From contig NC_068998.1 in assembly GCF_001194135.2 (NCBI RefSeq), positions 315,471-372,627 of the forward strand: a DNA stretch of 57,157 nt, read 5' to 3'. The notes below the pieces were generated by a model. The model did no database searches. It was given only the letters and a program-made list of their open reading frames with translations, and was not told the DNA's origin. This stretch comes from Octopus bimaculoides. Lineage: Eukaryota. The position numbers and the translations under genes are program-made. Shown piece after piece: positions 13,524 through 27,444 of this stretch (position 1 is its first letter; each line of letters opens with the position of its first letter).

Positions 13524-13698
13524 CATCATCATCATCATCGTTTAACGTCCGCTTTCCATGCTAGCATGGGTTGGACGATTTGACTGAGGACTGGTGAAAC
13601 CGGATGGCAACACCAGGCTCCAGTCTGATTTGGCAGAGTTTCTACAGCTGGATGCCCTTCCTAACGCCAACCACTCAGAGAGTGTAGTGGGTGCTTTT
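13524..13698 (-). mobile_element. Young RTE LINE 3' end, running into an assembly gap
   Basis: Reverse complement matches 7684-7855 with 2 mismatches by eye over about 170 nt. Confidence 0.9.
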
Positions 13699-14649
13699 NN
13701 NNNNNNNNNNNNNNNNNNNNNNNNNNNNNNNNNNNNNNNNNNNNNNNNNNNNNNNNNNNNNNNNNNNNNNNNNNNNNNNNNNNNNNNNNNNNNNNNNNNN
13801 NNNNNNNNNNNNNNNNNNNNNNNNNNNNNNNNNNNNNNNNNNNNNNNNNNNNNNNNNNNNNNNNNNNNNNNNNNNNNNNNNNNNNNNNNNNNNNNNNNNN
13901 NNNNNNNNNNNNNNNNNNNNNNNNNNNNNNNNNNNNNNNNNNNNNNNNNNNNNNNNNNNNNNNNNNNNNNNNNNNNNNNNNNNNNNNNNNNNNNNNNNNN
14001 NNNNNNNNNNNNNNNNNNNNNNNNNNNNNNNNNNNNNNNNNNNNNNNNNNNNNNNNNNNNNNNNNNNNNNNNNNNNNNNNNNNNNNNNNNNNNNNNNNNN
14101 NNNNNNNNNNNNNNNNNNNNNNNNNNNNNNNNNNNNNNNNNNNNNNNNNNNNNNNNNNNNNNNNNNNNAATTATAAGAGTCACACTTTTCTCTTGTAATG
14201 TCTCCAATTCCTGGCACTAAAATTCCATGTTTTTTTATTTTTTCTATTTTAGAAATACTTCAACCTCTAATTAAGGGGAGTCTTTGTAGGAAATAAACAG
14301 CTTTCTCTATACATATGATTCAAAATTTTTTTAAAATCAAGACAAACTGTATTGGCAATGCCGCACTGCTAATAATAATAATAATAATAATAATGACTTG
14401 CTGGACCTGTGAAAACTTCACGGAAAATATAAAAGATGTAAGCGTTTGTAAATTGTGTGTTGGTGCCATGAGAAATGTTTCTATATTGTGACACAGAATC
14501 TAGAAAGAAGTGTAAAAACCGATAACTATATAATCCAACCAAAATATCTCAGTTACACAAACATAAACAGAATTACTATTTAACCTTAGAATAGATCTCA
14601 CATATTCAAAGAACCCTCTTGGTTTAGTGGTACAGAACGTTTTTCTTGT

Positions 14650-14948
14650 ATTCTTGTATTCTTTTACTTGTTTCAGTCATTTGTCTGTGGCCATGCTGGA
14701 GCACCACCCTTTAGTCAAAGAAATCGATCCCAGGACTTATTCCCTATAAGCCTGGTGCTTCAGTCTCTTATGTTGAACTGCTAAAGTATGGGGATACAAA
14801 CACACCAACATTGGTTGCCGAGCAATGGTGGTGGGGGCACAAACACAAACACAAAATCATAAATACACACACACACACATATATATGATGGGCTTCTTTC
14901 AGTTTCCACCTTTGAGATCCATTCACAACGCTTTGGTTGGCCTGAGAC
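14650..14948 (-). mobile_element. SINE body and tail with central CA/TA tract
   Basis: cttttacttgtttcagtcattt..tgtggccatgctggagcacc...gggcttctttcagtttcc; same family as 22592 and 37528. Confidence 0.75.
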
Positions 14949-17900
14949 ATACTAATGTTATTGATAACAACAACAACAGCAATAATGATAATAATAATCC
15001 TTTCTCCTATCAGCACAAAACCATGAAAGATCAAAGAGAGCAGAGACAGTTATATAGTTGCTTTATATAACTGGCATCTATTTTATTCCAAAAGGACGAA
15101 AAAGGAAAATTGCCTCTTGTGGAATTTAACCTCTCGGATGTAACATGACATTTTGTCTTGGAGTTGACTGATTCAATGATAATGATGGTGATGTAATGAC
15201 TTGCCAGACAATATGGAATTGGCAGAGAGAAAAATAATAGAAGTGAATAATTGTGTAATATATGGATGAAAGTAAAAGTGAAGTTTGGAGTTCTGGGAAT
15301 GAAAAATGAAAATTTAAACAAAATAAATGGAAAAATTCTAAAAAATCATTTTGGCCATTATCATATTTACAGTATCAGCCATAACATATGGTTTTGTAGA
15401 TTTGACCTGGAAGAGAACTCAATTATATAAAATTAGGAAGATTTTGGAAAATAAAAATGATAAATAAAGAATTTAAAAAAAAGCCCACATCACACAATAA
15501 CTTTCTTTAAATCCCGAACATGTGCAGATTAAAAGAAAAGGAAATCACAGCAGATTATTGAAGTTATAAATATTGCTCTTTATTAATCTTAGTCATTAAT
15601 CATCATTAGTGGTGTAGAAATTCTTACAAGGAATTAAGTTTTGCACTGCTAAAGCCTGCAAGGTAGCAGCAGCAGCAATTATGCTGGGAAGTCTGAATAA
15701 TTGTATGAAACAACCATAAAATAGTGACCTGATGTTTAAGCAACTGAAGGTTCCACATTTCAATAGGAAAATGTTGGCTTTGTGATGGAAGTAATCTAAA
15801 GGATCATTGCTTTAATGCCCACTTTTCTATATCCACATGGATTAGATGGAATTAGTTGAGGCAGATTTTCTATGACCAGATGCCCTTCCTGTCACCAACC
15901 CTCTCTTATTTCACTTTGATTAATTTAGTTCTTTGATGGAGACATCTCTGTAGAATAGTTTGGTTAATATAGTTCTGCGACAGAATTGAACTAAGCTCTG
16001 CAAGATAGCAAAACACTTATTTTCATAGTGCTGCTGCTGCTTTATAGTGTGTATGTGTGCGTTTGTGGATATATTTACTTCATTTCATTCTAGCATCTAC
16101 TTTCCTGTGCTTACATGCATCATATGTTCTTCATTGAGACAAATGTTCTACGACTTGATACTCTGCCTGTTGCCAACCCTCACTAATATCCACTGAAGCT
16201 AATATTACCCTTCATCCTGTGAACATGAAACACCAAAAAAAGGGTTAAATATATTCTCCACAAACAAACAACCCCACCTGTGTGGGAATGAAGTTTGTTT
16301 ACAACTAGCAGATGATGTCAAGACAAAGAGATATGAAAGCACACACATACATGATAGGCATGCTTACATTTCCCTCCACTAAATTCACTCACAAGGTTTT
16401 ACTCAACATGCCACTCAATGAGATTGAAGCCATGTGGTTATAAAGTGAGATTCTTAGCTATAGTCCATTCCTGCACTTTGTGTGTATGTGTGTGTGTGAA
16501 CGTTAAGCAACATTGAAGTAGCTGACAGAGGAAGATGAATGTTCATGGAAAACCTCTCGTCAGTTATGGGGTCTGGTGTCAATGTAGTCTCAGTTCTGAT
16601 CATTCTGTACCAATTATTATTTTCCTGAATTAATTTTCATAAGAATATAATAACGACAAAATGTTTGATTTAGAATTGTGAACAAACTAACATAACAACT
16701 GCAGAAATGACACTTTTTCATGCGACTTTTAGGCTATGAGTGTCCCTTTTTCCTTTTTTTACATGTGCACACACACACAAACATGCACACACGCACACAC
16801 ACACACACACACACACACGACAGACTTTAGCTGTAGAAACTTTTTTCTTTCTCTACACACATAAACTTTCATTCTCTAAATCCTTTCTTTCCATCATCCA
16901 TCCTACTTATTAAACAAACACATCTTCTATGCACACATATTATACACACCTCTTACACATATATCATTATAGATACACCTTTTATGCATAATCTTTTTAA
17001 TGTTTTCTTTTTTGCAAGTTTGAAACAATGTTCTTTTTTAGATATATATAAATTGTGTATTTATCTCAATCAAAATATATTTTGTGATTTGATGGGAAAT
17101 ACAAGATATTAAGAAATGTCCTCTCCATTAATGCAAAATACAATGATGGCAATAAAAACGTTTCTTTTAAAATAATACTTTAATTCTTGAACAGAAACCT
17201 CGTCTGTATTATAAATGTCATAACATGCATGGCATTAAAAACAAAAAAAAAAAAAATCCGAAAATACATTGTAATACTTTATTTTATATTTATTTTTGTT
17301 GTTGTCCCTGTGATGTTGGATTGAAATGAATGGCCAATAAGATGCCTCAGTGTCTGAAATATATTAAATGTAAAAATAATTTGATAGATATAAACTGAAA
17401 TTAATGGTGTATAAAGATGATTTAAGATGAGTTTTTTTTTTTTGTTTTCTTGTTTTCTTTCTTTATATTTTTGATGAATAATAAATGCTATTTGCTGCAG
17501 AGTTTTCCTTAAAGGTATCACATTAATGCAGTAAACAACTGCCTCAATAATTCTGTTTGTTAGTGAATTCATTGAAGATATTTTTAGACAAGTTATCATT
17601 ATCATCATCACCATTGTCTTCCACCACTGCCGCCGCCACCTTCCTCCTCCTCCTTTGACATTCCTTACTTTTTCCATGCTGGCATGGGTGGATAGTCATC
17701 TTAGTTTACTCTTGAACAATGTTTTGCTCACATACTTCACTTTTGTCATCGTTTCTAGAGCTGGATGCTTTTCTTAATGTCAACCTCTTTACATAAGTGT
17801 ACATGTTTCATTGTCCCTGCAGTAGAGAGGCTGTCTTGTCACCAGCAAAAATCATTTTTGCTCAATGAAGGAGAATAGAAGAGAGAGTGATAGTGGAAGA

Positions 17901-18303
17901 CATTGAGTGATTGGAGTGAGAGGGTAAAAGAGTAGGAGGTAATGATTGACAGCTATATGCTGGTTATTGGTAGGGAGATTGAGTAGAAAGACAGCATGAG
18001 TGGTAGGATGGAGTAACAGGTAGGTGAGTGGGAGAAAGAAGAGAAACTGATGGAAGATTGCTATGTTTGTTGACAGTAGAAGAGGAGGAGGCAGAGTAAT
18101 GTGAAAGAGATTGTGATGGGTTAGGGAGATGAGAGGCAAGGATTGAAAACAGACAAATTCAATGCCATCTTTTGTTACACTGGTTGCATGGCACAGAGAG
18201 AATGAGTGGGAGATGAGATGTTAATGTTCAGCTATAAGAACAAGGTCATCACCATAGAGGAGCTCCCAGGGGCAGCCTGTCTTTCATTCCTTATGTATGT
18301 ATG

Positions 18304-18350
<47 letters not shown>

Positions 18351-19133
18351 ATGTATGTAGTTTAGGCTACTTCTGGAAGGTCCTACATTCTCCTTTAACT
18401 TTCCTTATAACTTAACAAGATATCTTTATTTACTTTAGCCATGTTTAAGCCCAACCGCCTCCAACCAATCTATTCCTTGAATTACCTGACAGTTTTCTCT
18501 TCATTCTTTATTCAAACTTTCTCATTTCTCTGCCTTTCAACCCCTTCAAAACCATGTTAACATGTCACCTTTTAACTCCAGTCTCTCCAATAATCTGATT
18601 ACTGAAATCATTGAACAAAACCTCTTTCTTTTCCCTGGATGTTCTTCTGTCTATTTTATTGGCAATTACCCCTTCAAAGTCCTGTCCCCATGCTTCTGTA
18701 ATCACTTTGTACATTGTTTAATGCTTATATCTTCCTCTGGCCCCTTTGCTTCATTAAACTGGCAGGGGGCAAAGAGTTGCAGCTATTTGTAGACTCCATT
18801 CACATTCTTTGTTAAGTACCTACTTATGATAAAAAAAAAAACTTCCACTCAAACCTCCCCCCCCCATTTGTCACTGTCATTGAGTACTAATCTGGCTTAT
18901 ATACTCTATTATATGTATATGTGTGAGTGTTTGTCTGCCCCTGAGGGGGATTAAATACCTTTATTCATTATCACCTCCAGATATTTCAAATATAAATTAT
19001 ACACATACACACACACACACACGCACACAGATATATATGTATGCATATATGCATATACACGCACACACTAATATATCTATATTTGTCTTCAATATATATG
19101 TGTGTATGTATGCATACACACACACATTATGCA

Positions 19134-19168
<35 letters not shown>

Positions 19169-19410
19169 GTTTATGTGTACCTGTGTGTGCATGTATGTAT
19201 ATACTGATTGGTTTCTCATCAGCAGATTTAATTTGAAAAATAATTAGTTGGGAAGCAAAGTCTTTTAGAGTTGAATTTCCTTTTAATTCATTTTCTTTAC
19301 AATGTTTCTTCCATTTTCTCCTTCTTGTTCCAGCTCAGTTTTTTTATTATTATTATTGTTATTATTATTATTATTATTTTTATTATTACTGTTGCTGTTG
19401 TTGTGTCAAC

Positions 19411-20157
19411 NNNNNNNNNNNNNNNNNNNNNNNNNNNNNNNNNNNNNNNNNNNNNNNNNNNNNNNNNNNNNNNNNNNNNNNNNNNNNNNNNNNNNNNNNN
19501 NNNNNNNNNNNNNNNNNNNNNNNNNNNNNNNNNNNNNNNNNNNNNNNNNNNNNNNNNNNNNNNNNNNNNNNNNNNNNNNNNNNNNNNNNNNNNNNNNNNN
19601 NNNNNNNNNNNNNNNNNNNNNNNNNNNNNNNNNNNNNNNNNNNNNNNNNNNNNNNNNNNNNNNNNNNNNNNNNNNNNNNNNNNNNNNNNNNNNNNNNNNN
19701 NNNNNNNNNNNNNNNNNNNNNNNNNNNNNNNNNNNNNNNNNNNNNNNNNNNNNNNNNNNNNNNNNNNNNNNNNNNNNNNNNNNNNNNNNNNNNNNNNNNN
19801 NNNNNNNNNNNNNNNNNNNNNNNNNNNNNNNNNNNNNNNNNNNNNNNNNNNNNNNNNNNNNNNNNNNNNNNNNNNNNNNNNNNNNNNNNNNNNNNNNNNN
19901 NNNNNNNNNNNNNNNNNNNNNNNNNNNNNNNNNNNNNNNNNNNNNNNNNNNNNNNNNNNNNNNNNNNNNNNNNNNNNNNNNNNNNNNNNNNNNNNNNNNN
20001 NNNNNNNNNNNNNNNNNNNNNNNNNNNNNNNNNNNNNNNNNNNNNNNNNNNNNNNNNNNNNNNNNNNNNNNNNNNNNNNNNNNNNNNNNNNNNNNNNNNN
20101 NNNNNNNNNNNNNNNNNNNNNNNNNNNNNNNNNNNNNNNNNNNNNNNNNNNNNNNNN
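19411..20157. other. Largest assembly gap; others at 2498-2831, 7359-7538, 13699-14168, 29168-29233, 33422-33910 and 53143-53674, plus 10-N gaps
   Basis: Runs of n, mostly flanked by microsatellites or young repeats. Confidence 0.99.
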
Positions 20158-20251
20158 TCATGCTCGCTCATCTTAGATGGGAAGTAATTAAGACAGGATT
20201 TTATGATTGAATGCTTTTCTTGTTACTAACACTTATTTGTTACATGTTACA

Positions 20252-20287
<36 letters not shown>

Positions 20288-20495
20288 GAGAAAGACTATT
20301 CCAAGCAGACCCCAGAAAGGGATCAATGACTGAAGTTCATGGCTATATAGCCAAAAGTATGTTTAAGATACAAAGACATGGGGAGCAGTGGGACCTTTAT
20401 GGATAATTTCTGAGATGTTTTGAATATAACCACTCACCCAAATACTCAGGTACGGCAAGAAAGTGTTGCACCTAATGACTAACTGAAGAAGTATT

Positions 20496-20558
20496 ATTGC
20501 CAAAAGTGAAGGTGTCCTTGAAAGAAACAACTGTAGAAGCATCAAATTGATGGATCAG
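20496..20558 (+). mobile_element. Old RTE reverse-transcriptase fragment (core match; the remnant probably extends further)
   Basis: Reads IAKSEGVLERNNCRSIKLMDQ, resembling the LINE RT motif KGKGDxxxxxNYRGIKLL. Confidence 0.5.
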
Positions 20559-22369
20559 ATTGGGTTTATAGGATAACTAATTAAGGTGAGAACCAGTTGA
20601 GGTACAGTTGAAGTTTGTATAGCAAGATGGAATAACAGTGACACAGCTGGCTTTGCATCTAAGTTCAAAGGTTTATGAAGGGTCCACAGTTTTCTTTCAA
20701 ATCCAATCTCCCTTTCTCTAATTAAAATGTTTATAAATGATTAATAATCCATAAATGATATCACTGAAGTCTTACTCACTACTTGAAGAATTAACTGCCA
20801 GAATTCCTGAAAATAGAAAGAAGAAAAATCCAAAGAAATCCATTCAATAAAAAATAAACTAAGTGTAAACAGATAGTGCTTTCTAAAATGTGGCTAAACT
20901 TTGTTTCTCACACAGAAGAGTGCTTAGTTTCTGTTTTTCAACTGCAAACAACAGTTTTGCTGTTGTTTTTGCTTCAGGACTCCATCACAAAATTGTGTCG
21001 AGGACTTTAAAAGTTTTACCTGTTTTCCCTTTCTCTCACACTTGTATATATATGGGGGCCCAAACCTGCATAACAATACATAGAGCATTTGACTAACACC
21101 AAACTCATGTCATGTCGCTGGAACCCTTTGCTCTGTTCCAGTTCCCTGCCCTGTGAAGCCCATAATTGTTGTTACACAGCTTCAAAATGCAGACATGCTA
21201 TTTAATAGACATCTTCAGATAATATTATCGAACTTTCTCTGTTGATTGATTTCTCCTTATTCAATACAATGATAAGAAAATATTTGTTTTGGATTTAATT
21301 CTCTCCATTCATATGGTTATCTATAAGTTTCATTAACAATGTAGAGGAGACGGGGCTGTTGTAGTGGTGGTGGTGGTGGTGGTGGTGGTGGACATCTTCA
21401 TTGAATTCATATTGCTGTATGCCTAACCAAATGCATACACATATTGATATACGTTATGTTATTGTTGAAAAGTCTAAATGGCTTCAGTTGAAATCTATCT
21501 TCTGTTTCACTGATCACTATTTATTGTTTTGTTTTTTGTTTCCCCCGCCATTCCCATCCTGCAACTGACCTATGTCTGTTCACTCTTTCTTTACTTGAGC
21601 AAAAGCCTGATCAGTAGATGGTTTCCAGATTTAATGTACTTATTCAGTGACATGGAAAGGTGCATTGAAGGCCTTTGTTAATGTTGAAGGCTAAATCAAT
21701 TTGATTGACCGCCTCCAGATAACTTCAAAAGCAATTTGGATTTGAATCTTGTAATCATTTTAGTTTTGTTGTTGAAGCAACAAACTGCTTAAAATCCATT
21801 TCTAGTGAAAATTCTGTTGCTAATTTGTTATCAAAATCTGGTGTTGCTAACCTCCTTTAGAAAATATCAGCAAATATTTATTTGAAGAACATGTTTTTAT
21901 TATTTCTTTATTTTTTTCTAACATTGTTTGATGCTAGAATATGTTCAAACCCTGAATTCTCGTTTCTTCTCAGTTCACACTGTCATGGCTGTTGTAGTTA
22001 ACTGACTCAATAGAAAGTTAGAAACACTGGTTTTAGAAGTGTTACTAGTTCTTATGTTATCATTGGTGATGTGTTCATAATTATCACAGACTCAGTCTAT
22101 GTGGCTGTAAATAAGTGTTACAGAAAATTCCTTCTATAAACAGCAGTTTCAATACATAATTAACAAGTCATCTGTTGACTTCCAGCAATGGCTGCCAAAC
22201 TTACATTACAACAAATGACATTCTAGCCATCACTTGCCAGTAAGTTTGATGTGGAAGCTTGTACCATGCTTTTGCTAAATGTTTTAGTCACTGTGTAGTC
22301 ATAGGCAGATATTGATAACCTCTCAACCCTTCCCCACCTCATAATCCAGAGGAACATCTAAGACATGAT

Positions 22370-22505
22370 TGGAAAGTCACATGGTCTAGTAAGTAAAGCA
22401 TTGGGCTCGTAATCATAAGGTTGGTTCATTTCCTGGATAAGGCTGTGTGTTTCATCCTTGAGCAAGGCTCTTCACTCCACAGTATCCCAGTCCATCAACT
22501 GCTGC
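22370..22505 (+). mobile_element. CORE-like SINE fragment
   Basis: tRNA-like head followed by ccttgagcaaggctcttcactcc...cccagtccatcaactg. Confidence 0.45.
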
Positions 22506-22591
22506 CGTGATTCTCCCTCTCTCCATTCAGCTGTTCCCATTGTGACAAATAGGTTTTAATTTATTTCATAGTTTAAATAATTAAAATTATA

Positions 22592-22904
22592 TCTTTTATC
22601 TTGTTTCAGTCATTTGACTGTGGCCATGCTGGAGCACCACCTTGAAGAAGCTTTAGTCAAATGAATTCAGTCTCTTTTGCTGAACTGCTAAGTCATGAAG
22701 ATGTGAACACACCAACACTGGTTGTCAAGCAGTGGTGGGGGATGAATACAGCCACAAAGACACACATCTGACAGGCTTCTTTCAGTTTCCCTCTACCAAA
22801 TCCACTTACGCTTTGGCTGGCCTAATGCTGTAGTAGAAAACACTTGCCCAAGGACTGAACCCAGAATCCATGTGGCTGGGAAGTAAACTTCTTACCACAC
22901 AACC
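22592..22904 (-). mobile_element. Near-complete SINE with internal deletions
   Basis: Tail tcttgtttcagtcatttgactgtggccatgctggagcacc joined to head ggcttctttcagtttcc...cttcttaccacacaacc. Confidence 0.75.
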
Positions 22905-25346
22905 CTAACCACCTCTGCCTCTGTTAAATATTTCTGTTGTCCTCTTTCAAAAAAGTGCAGGCAACTCTACATTCCCTTTATCTTGGCACAGCCATCTCAC
23001 ATCACCGTCCACTCTATTATTTTCAGGAAAATTTCCATTTATCAAGATTAGCAGATAAAATATGGAAGACATGTTGATCTGTTTTAGTGTGTAACAATTT
23101 TGTCTGCAACAACAAAAACTTATTTATGATTTGATTTGCCTCAATAAAACGAATAAATAAAAGTCATTATGCTTTTGTTCTCAATGTCAGTTGACTCAGA
23201 AGTTTCTAAAACAAATTCTCAATTCCAAAACTGAATTCTATAAATTCTCTTCAGCTGACATTGTCCATAGTTTGTCAATAAACTTTATTATTTGACAAAT
23301 GAATTTCTTTTTATTTCTTGTTCTGCTTCATTTCTTAATATTTTAGACATCTTGCTACACAAAGAGACACAATAACTGACTTGCATAGACTGAGTTCATT
23401 TCTTTTTATTTCAACAGAAGAGATTTGTGGCTTCCCATAGATTGTTCCTCTTCTTTTTAAAAATGATTTCTCTGCTTCAATTGCTTTTTTGATGAACTTT
23501 TGAAATTATTTGAATATTGACGTTTAGTCTATGTTCTTCGAATTCGCTTGGTACCTTGGCTTTGGTCAGAAGTTTATCACACATAACACACAAAGGGAAA
23601 CATTAGTTTTTTTTTCAACATCCTTCCTTTCATTTGCTTCAGTGTGAATGGTCACCGTTAATCATCGCCCAGCCACTGCTAATAAATCTGTCCTTTGTTA
23701 ATGAGGATTAAGTGTCTAAAAACATTAAATAATCTTTGACTATTTTAGGCGCCAATACCTCACACTGCCTTACTTTTAGAAACCGGACATATTCAAGCGA
23801 ATCTTGATAAAGATTTCTACATTCCGTTGAGAAATCTTTGGCAAGAAATAAAATCTTTTCTTTAATTTAATTGCTAACTTAAAAACCTGACGGCACCACA
23901 CACACACACACACACACACACACCTTTTAATGAAACAGTGTCTTAATTCCTTCATTATTGTCATTATATTCAACTTATTAAATTTATATTGGTTTTAAAT
24001 TTCATTTTTCTGTTCTTGTCATTTTCTGTTAATCAACCATAATTAATTGAAAGATAATTTTATGAATTTCTGTCCTGATGTCACTTCAGGCTACAATTTG
24101 GTTCTGTTGTACTTTCATCTCCTCCTCATCCTCCTCTGGCCATATTCAGCCAGACCAAAGAATTGAACTTGCCAAAATGACTTTCCAAAGTCATGAGTCA
24201 ACTACGTCTATCTCATACATTTGATCAATCTGCTAGAAATAGTGACTAAGAAGGAAAAAGAAAGACTGGTTAAAGAGTGACATAGAGAGAGAGAGAGAGA
24301 GAGATGATGGTGGAGATGTGTTGGGACATATCCCACAAAGTACAGTGGGTGTGAATACAACTGGCAGAGAGGATTGGACAGGGTGAGTGAGCAGGGAGGG
24401 ATAGAGGGGTATGTTTCATAGGAGTGTGATGGGAGATGGTTAGACATAGGGCAGGGGTAACTATGGCAAGTGGGTGGGGCTATAGTCGGTATGTGAGGGC
24501 TCTCCCAGGGCAGTCTTTCCTATAGCTGGCATTATATATTGTTTTAACAATAGAAGTTGGACTTCAGATGCCGTTTTGAAGGGCAGATGCTGATCCCATG
24601 TGTAATGTCTCCCTAATTCTTCTGACATGCTCAACATTTTCTATGGATTTATGTATGCATGTGTATCTACATGTATACAGGCATGCATGTTCATATGTAT
24701 AAGTGTGTGTGTGTGTGTCTGTTTTTTATATGTGTGTGTGTGTTGTCATACATATGTTCTCATCTATTTACATAATTGTCTCAGTCTATTTCAAATTTCT
24801 GCTGCAATAAATATTTTCGCCTCAACTTTCTCTTCTTACATTCTTCATATTCTTCGTTTTATAAATATTTTTAGTTTTGCTGTTATCCTTCTATTACCAC
24901 CACCACCACCACCACTGCTACCATTTCCACCACCACCACTGCTACCATTTCCACCACCACCACAATTGCTATTGCCACTGCTGCCGCCACCACCACCACC
25001 ACCACTCTGGTTTCGTTCAGATATTAAAATCCTTGCTTTATCAGTGTTTCTCTTCTATTGCATAACAATTATTAGTTACAGCCATAATTAACTTGCACTT
25101 TGTAATTAGCTGAGAGCTTGTTTCCAACTTTTTAAATTTCTCTCAGTGAATGGATTACGAGATTAAAAGTGTTCATAATTTCCAGTTTCAAAATGATCTT
25201 ATTAATTATATAGACGTGTGTGCATGTGTGTGTGTGTGTGTGTGTCTATATCTATATATTATATATATATATATATAGCCGTTGAGGTGTGTTTCAGTAT
25301 ATACATAGATATACATGTGACTGTTAATAGTTGTGTTTATTGTGTG

Positions 25347-25383
<37 letters not shown>

Positions 25384-26054
25384 ACGGTGTGCAGCTGTAT
25401 TTTGAGTTAAAACAGTTGGTGTTAATTGATGCTGTTTATCTTCTAACATTTTCACAACTATGGACTGTTTGAGTGTATATTTTCTGATGACTCTCTATGA
25501 TGATATTGCTTGTAATCTAAAACAATCTAAGCCAAGGTAGAACAAGATTAACCCCCCCCCCCTGCAAGGCCTCATGTTTGGCCATCCTCTTTTATGAATG
25601 TTCTTTCTGTTTGTATCCATTGTTCATAAAACAATGATATACCTGGACTTTTTCCTTCAGGCTTAGATTACTCTTGAATTCCTAATTTATAACATCTGAA
25701 ACCTTAATGGGCTCACTTCATTTGTATCACTCATTCATTGAACTTCTATGAATCTCTTCACATACAATTCAGTACAGTTAGTTACTTGAGAATATTACTA
25801 ATTCAAACAACCTTCATATGTCAGACTATTGCTTTGTTCTGTAAAAGAATTACCAAATCTGCACCTGGTAAGACTCTCAGATTCTAGGTTGAGTGATTGA
25901 ATGATGAAGAGATATTCTGATGAGGGTCACTTGTAATCCACCCCCCCCCCCAAATGGTTTTGCAATGTCTTGCAGAACAACCTACTCGAATGATTTGCAT
26001 ATTGTGATCCTTGTACATTACCTCATTCTATCCATCAAAATCATTTTCCTTGAA

Positions 26055-26212
26055 CAGGTGCGCACAGGTGTACCACGCATCAGGTGACAAAGTGATTACA
26101 GAGCAACAGGAGATGAAGTGTTTTGCTCAAGAACACAATGCACTACTTGGTCCTGAAATTGAAACCACAATCTCACAATCATGAGTAAAACACCCTAACC
26201 ACTAGGCCATGC
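26055..26212 (-). mobile_element. CORE-like tRNA-head SINE
   Basis: gaagtgttttgctcaagaacacaa...accctaaccactaggcc; second copy at 41905-42085. Confidence 0.65.
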
Positions 26213-26419
26213 ACCCTCTCTGATTAAGAGATAATCTATCATTTAATCCTCATAGTCACTATTTGAGTTCAATTCCTGTTGAAGTAGATTCAAAACATCA
26301 CAACATTCTGTCTCGCTCCCCCTCAAAGTGTACAACCCTGAACCAAATTTAAAATTAATCTCTGAAAAACTGAAATTTATGAATTGTTAATTTTATTAGA
26401 ATCTGACAGTTTTGTTGAA

Positions 26420-26521
26420 GTCTTTTCGACCAATCAGTCTTTTCGACCAATCAGTCTTTTCGACCAATCAGTCTTTTCGACCAATCAGTCTTTTCGACCA
26501 ATCAGTCTTTTCGACCAATCA
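26420..26521. repeat. Perfect 17-bp tandem repeat x6 (GTCTTTTCGACCAATCA)
   Basis: Six identical units read directly. Confidence 0.97.
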
Positions 26522-27084
26522 GTTGTGACCGAGAAACAGATGTTATGGTGCTTTATTAATCAATAAACTTTGATCAAAGTGAATTCTTTGATCTCACCTC
26601 ACCATTTATTTGGTGATTATAAATGTGTATCAAAGTAAACTTTACAGGGTTTTTGTTTTTTTACTGGTTCTCTGAGACTTTGTTAAATGTCAACAAATGA
26701 TCCGCATTGTTGTTCTCTCTCAGGAACAACAAACAACAAGTATTTGTTGACATCAGCTACAGATAATTAATACACATTTATAATTATCCATATATAATGT
26801 TTAGTAAACTGATTTATTGGGTACTTTTTTTCCCTGTCACCAAGAGCTGTAGCCTTCCATTGGACATTTGTTTTTTGGCAGGGGTAGCGAGTGGGGGTAT
26901 TCCTTCCTTCACTTTTATTTCATTCCTTCTCTTTTCTCAATATTTTTCTTCACCAGTTTTCCTAATTACTTTTCCCTTCATTTTTCTTCTCTAATTAATA
27001 TTTGTCTCTCAGTTTCTAACTCATTGAGTTTTACTTTTCTGTTTAGAATTTCGTTGAAGTTAAGGCTATATCAGGGGGTTGGGG

Positions 27085-27229
27085 TTTGGCTGTTGGCGTG
27101 TGCTAATAAATTTGCTTCCCGACCACATGTTTCCAAGTTCAGTCCCACTGCATGGTACCTTGAGGAAAAAGCCTTGTGAGTGGATTTGGTTGATGGAAAC
27201 TGAAAGAAGCCCATCATATATATATATAT
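27085..27229 (+). mobile_element. tRNA-head SINE 5' part ending in a (TA)n tract
   Basis: ccacatg..cc..gttcagtcccactgcatgg...aaagccttgtgagtggatttggt.gatggaaactgaaagaagccc. Confidence 0.75.
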
Positions 27230-27246
27230 NNNNNNNNNNAAGAAGC

Positions 27247-27285
<39 letters not shown>

Positions 27286-27444
27286 TGCTTTCTCATTAGT
27301 AATGCTTTTTCTTATCTATATACATAAATGTGATTCTTCTCCCAAATAAATTGCACTTCATATTCAAGGCTCTGAGGAAGCTATACTATTTAAAAAAAAA
27401 ATTTCTTTTTGGTTTCTGTGTTCTGTAAAAGACCTGCAAAAGTT

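Noticed and set aside
17860-18140. C-poor purine-rich tracts, also near 24280-24520, 30840-31150 and 54120-54240, with complementary pyrimidine-rich tracts elsewhere
   Set aside because: I could not align them to each other or to a coding motif; treated as low-complexity or ancient repeat decay.
24627-25091. Pro-rich and His-rich ORFs
   Set aside because: They arise from a (CCA)n-based repeat with a duplicated 24-bp unit; no splice or homology support.
26420-26521. Short direct repeats as a possible CRISPR-like array
   Set aside because: Units are contiguous with no spacers, and the context is a eukaryotic intron.
27230-27281. Repeat of aagaagcccatc(at)n on both sides of a 10-N gap
   Set aside because: Most likely an unmerged contig overlap, not a real duplication.
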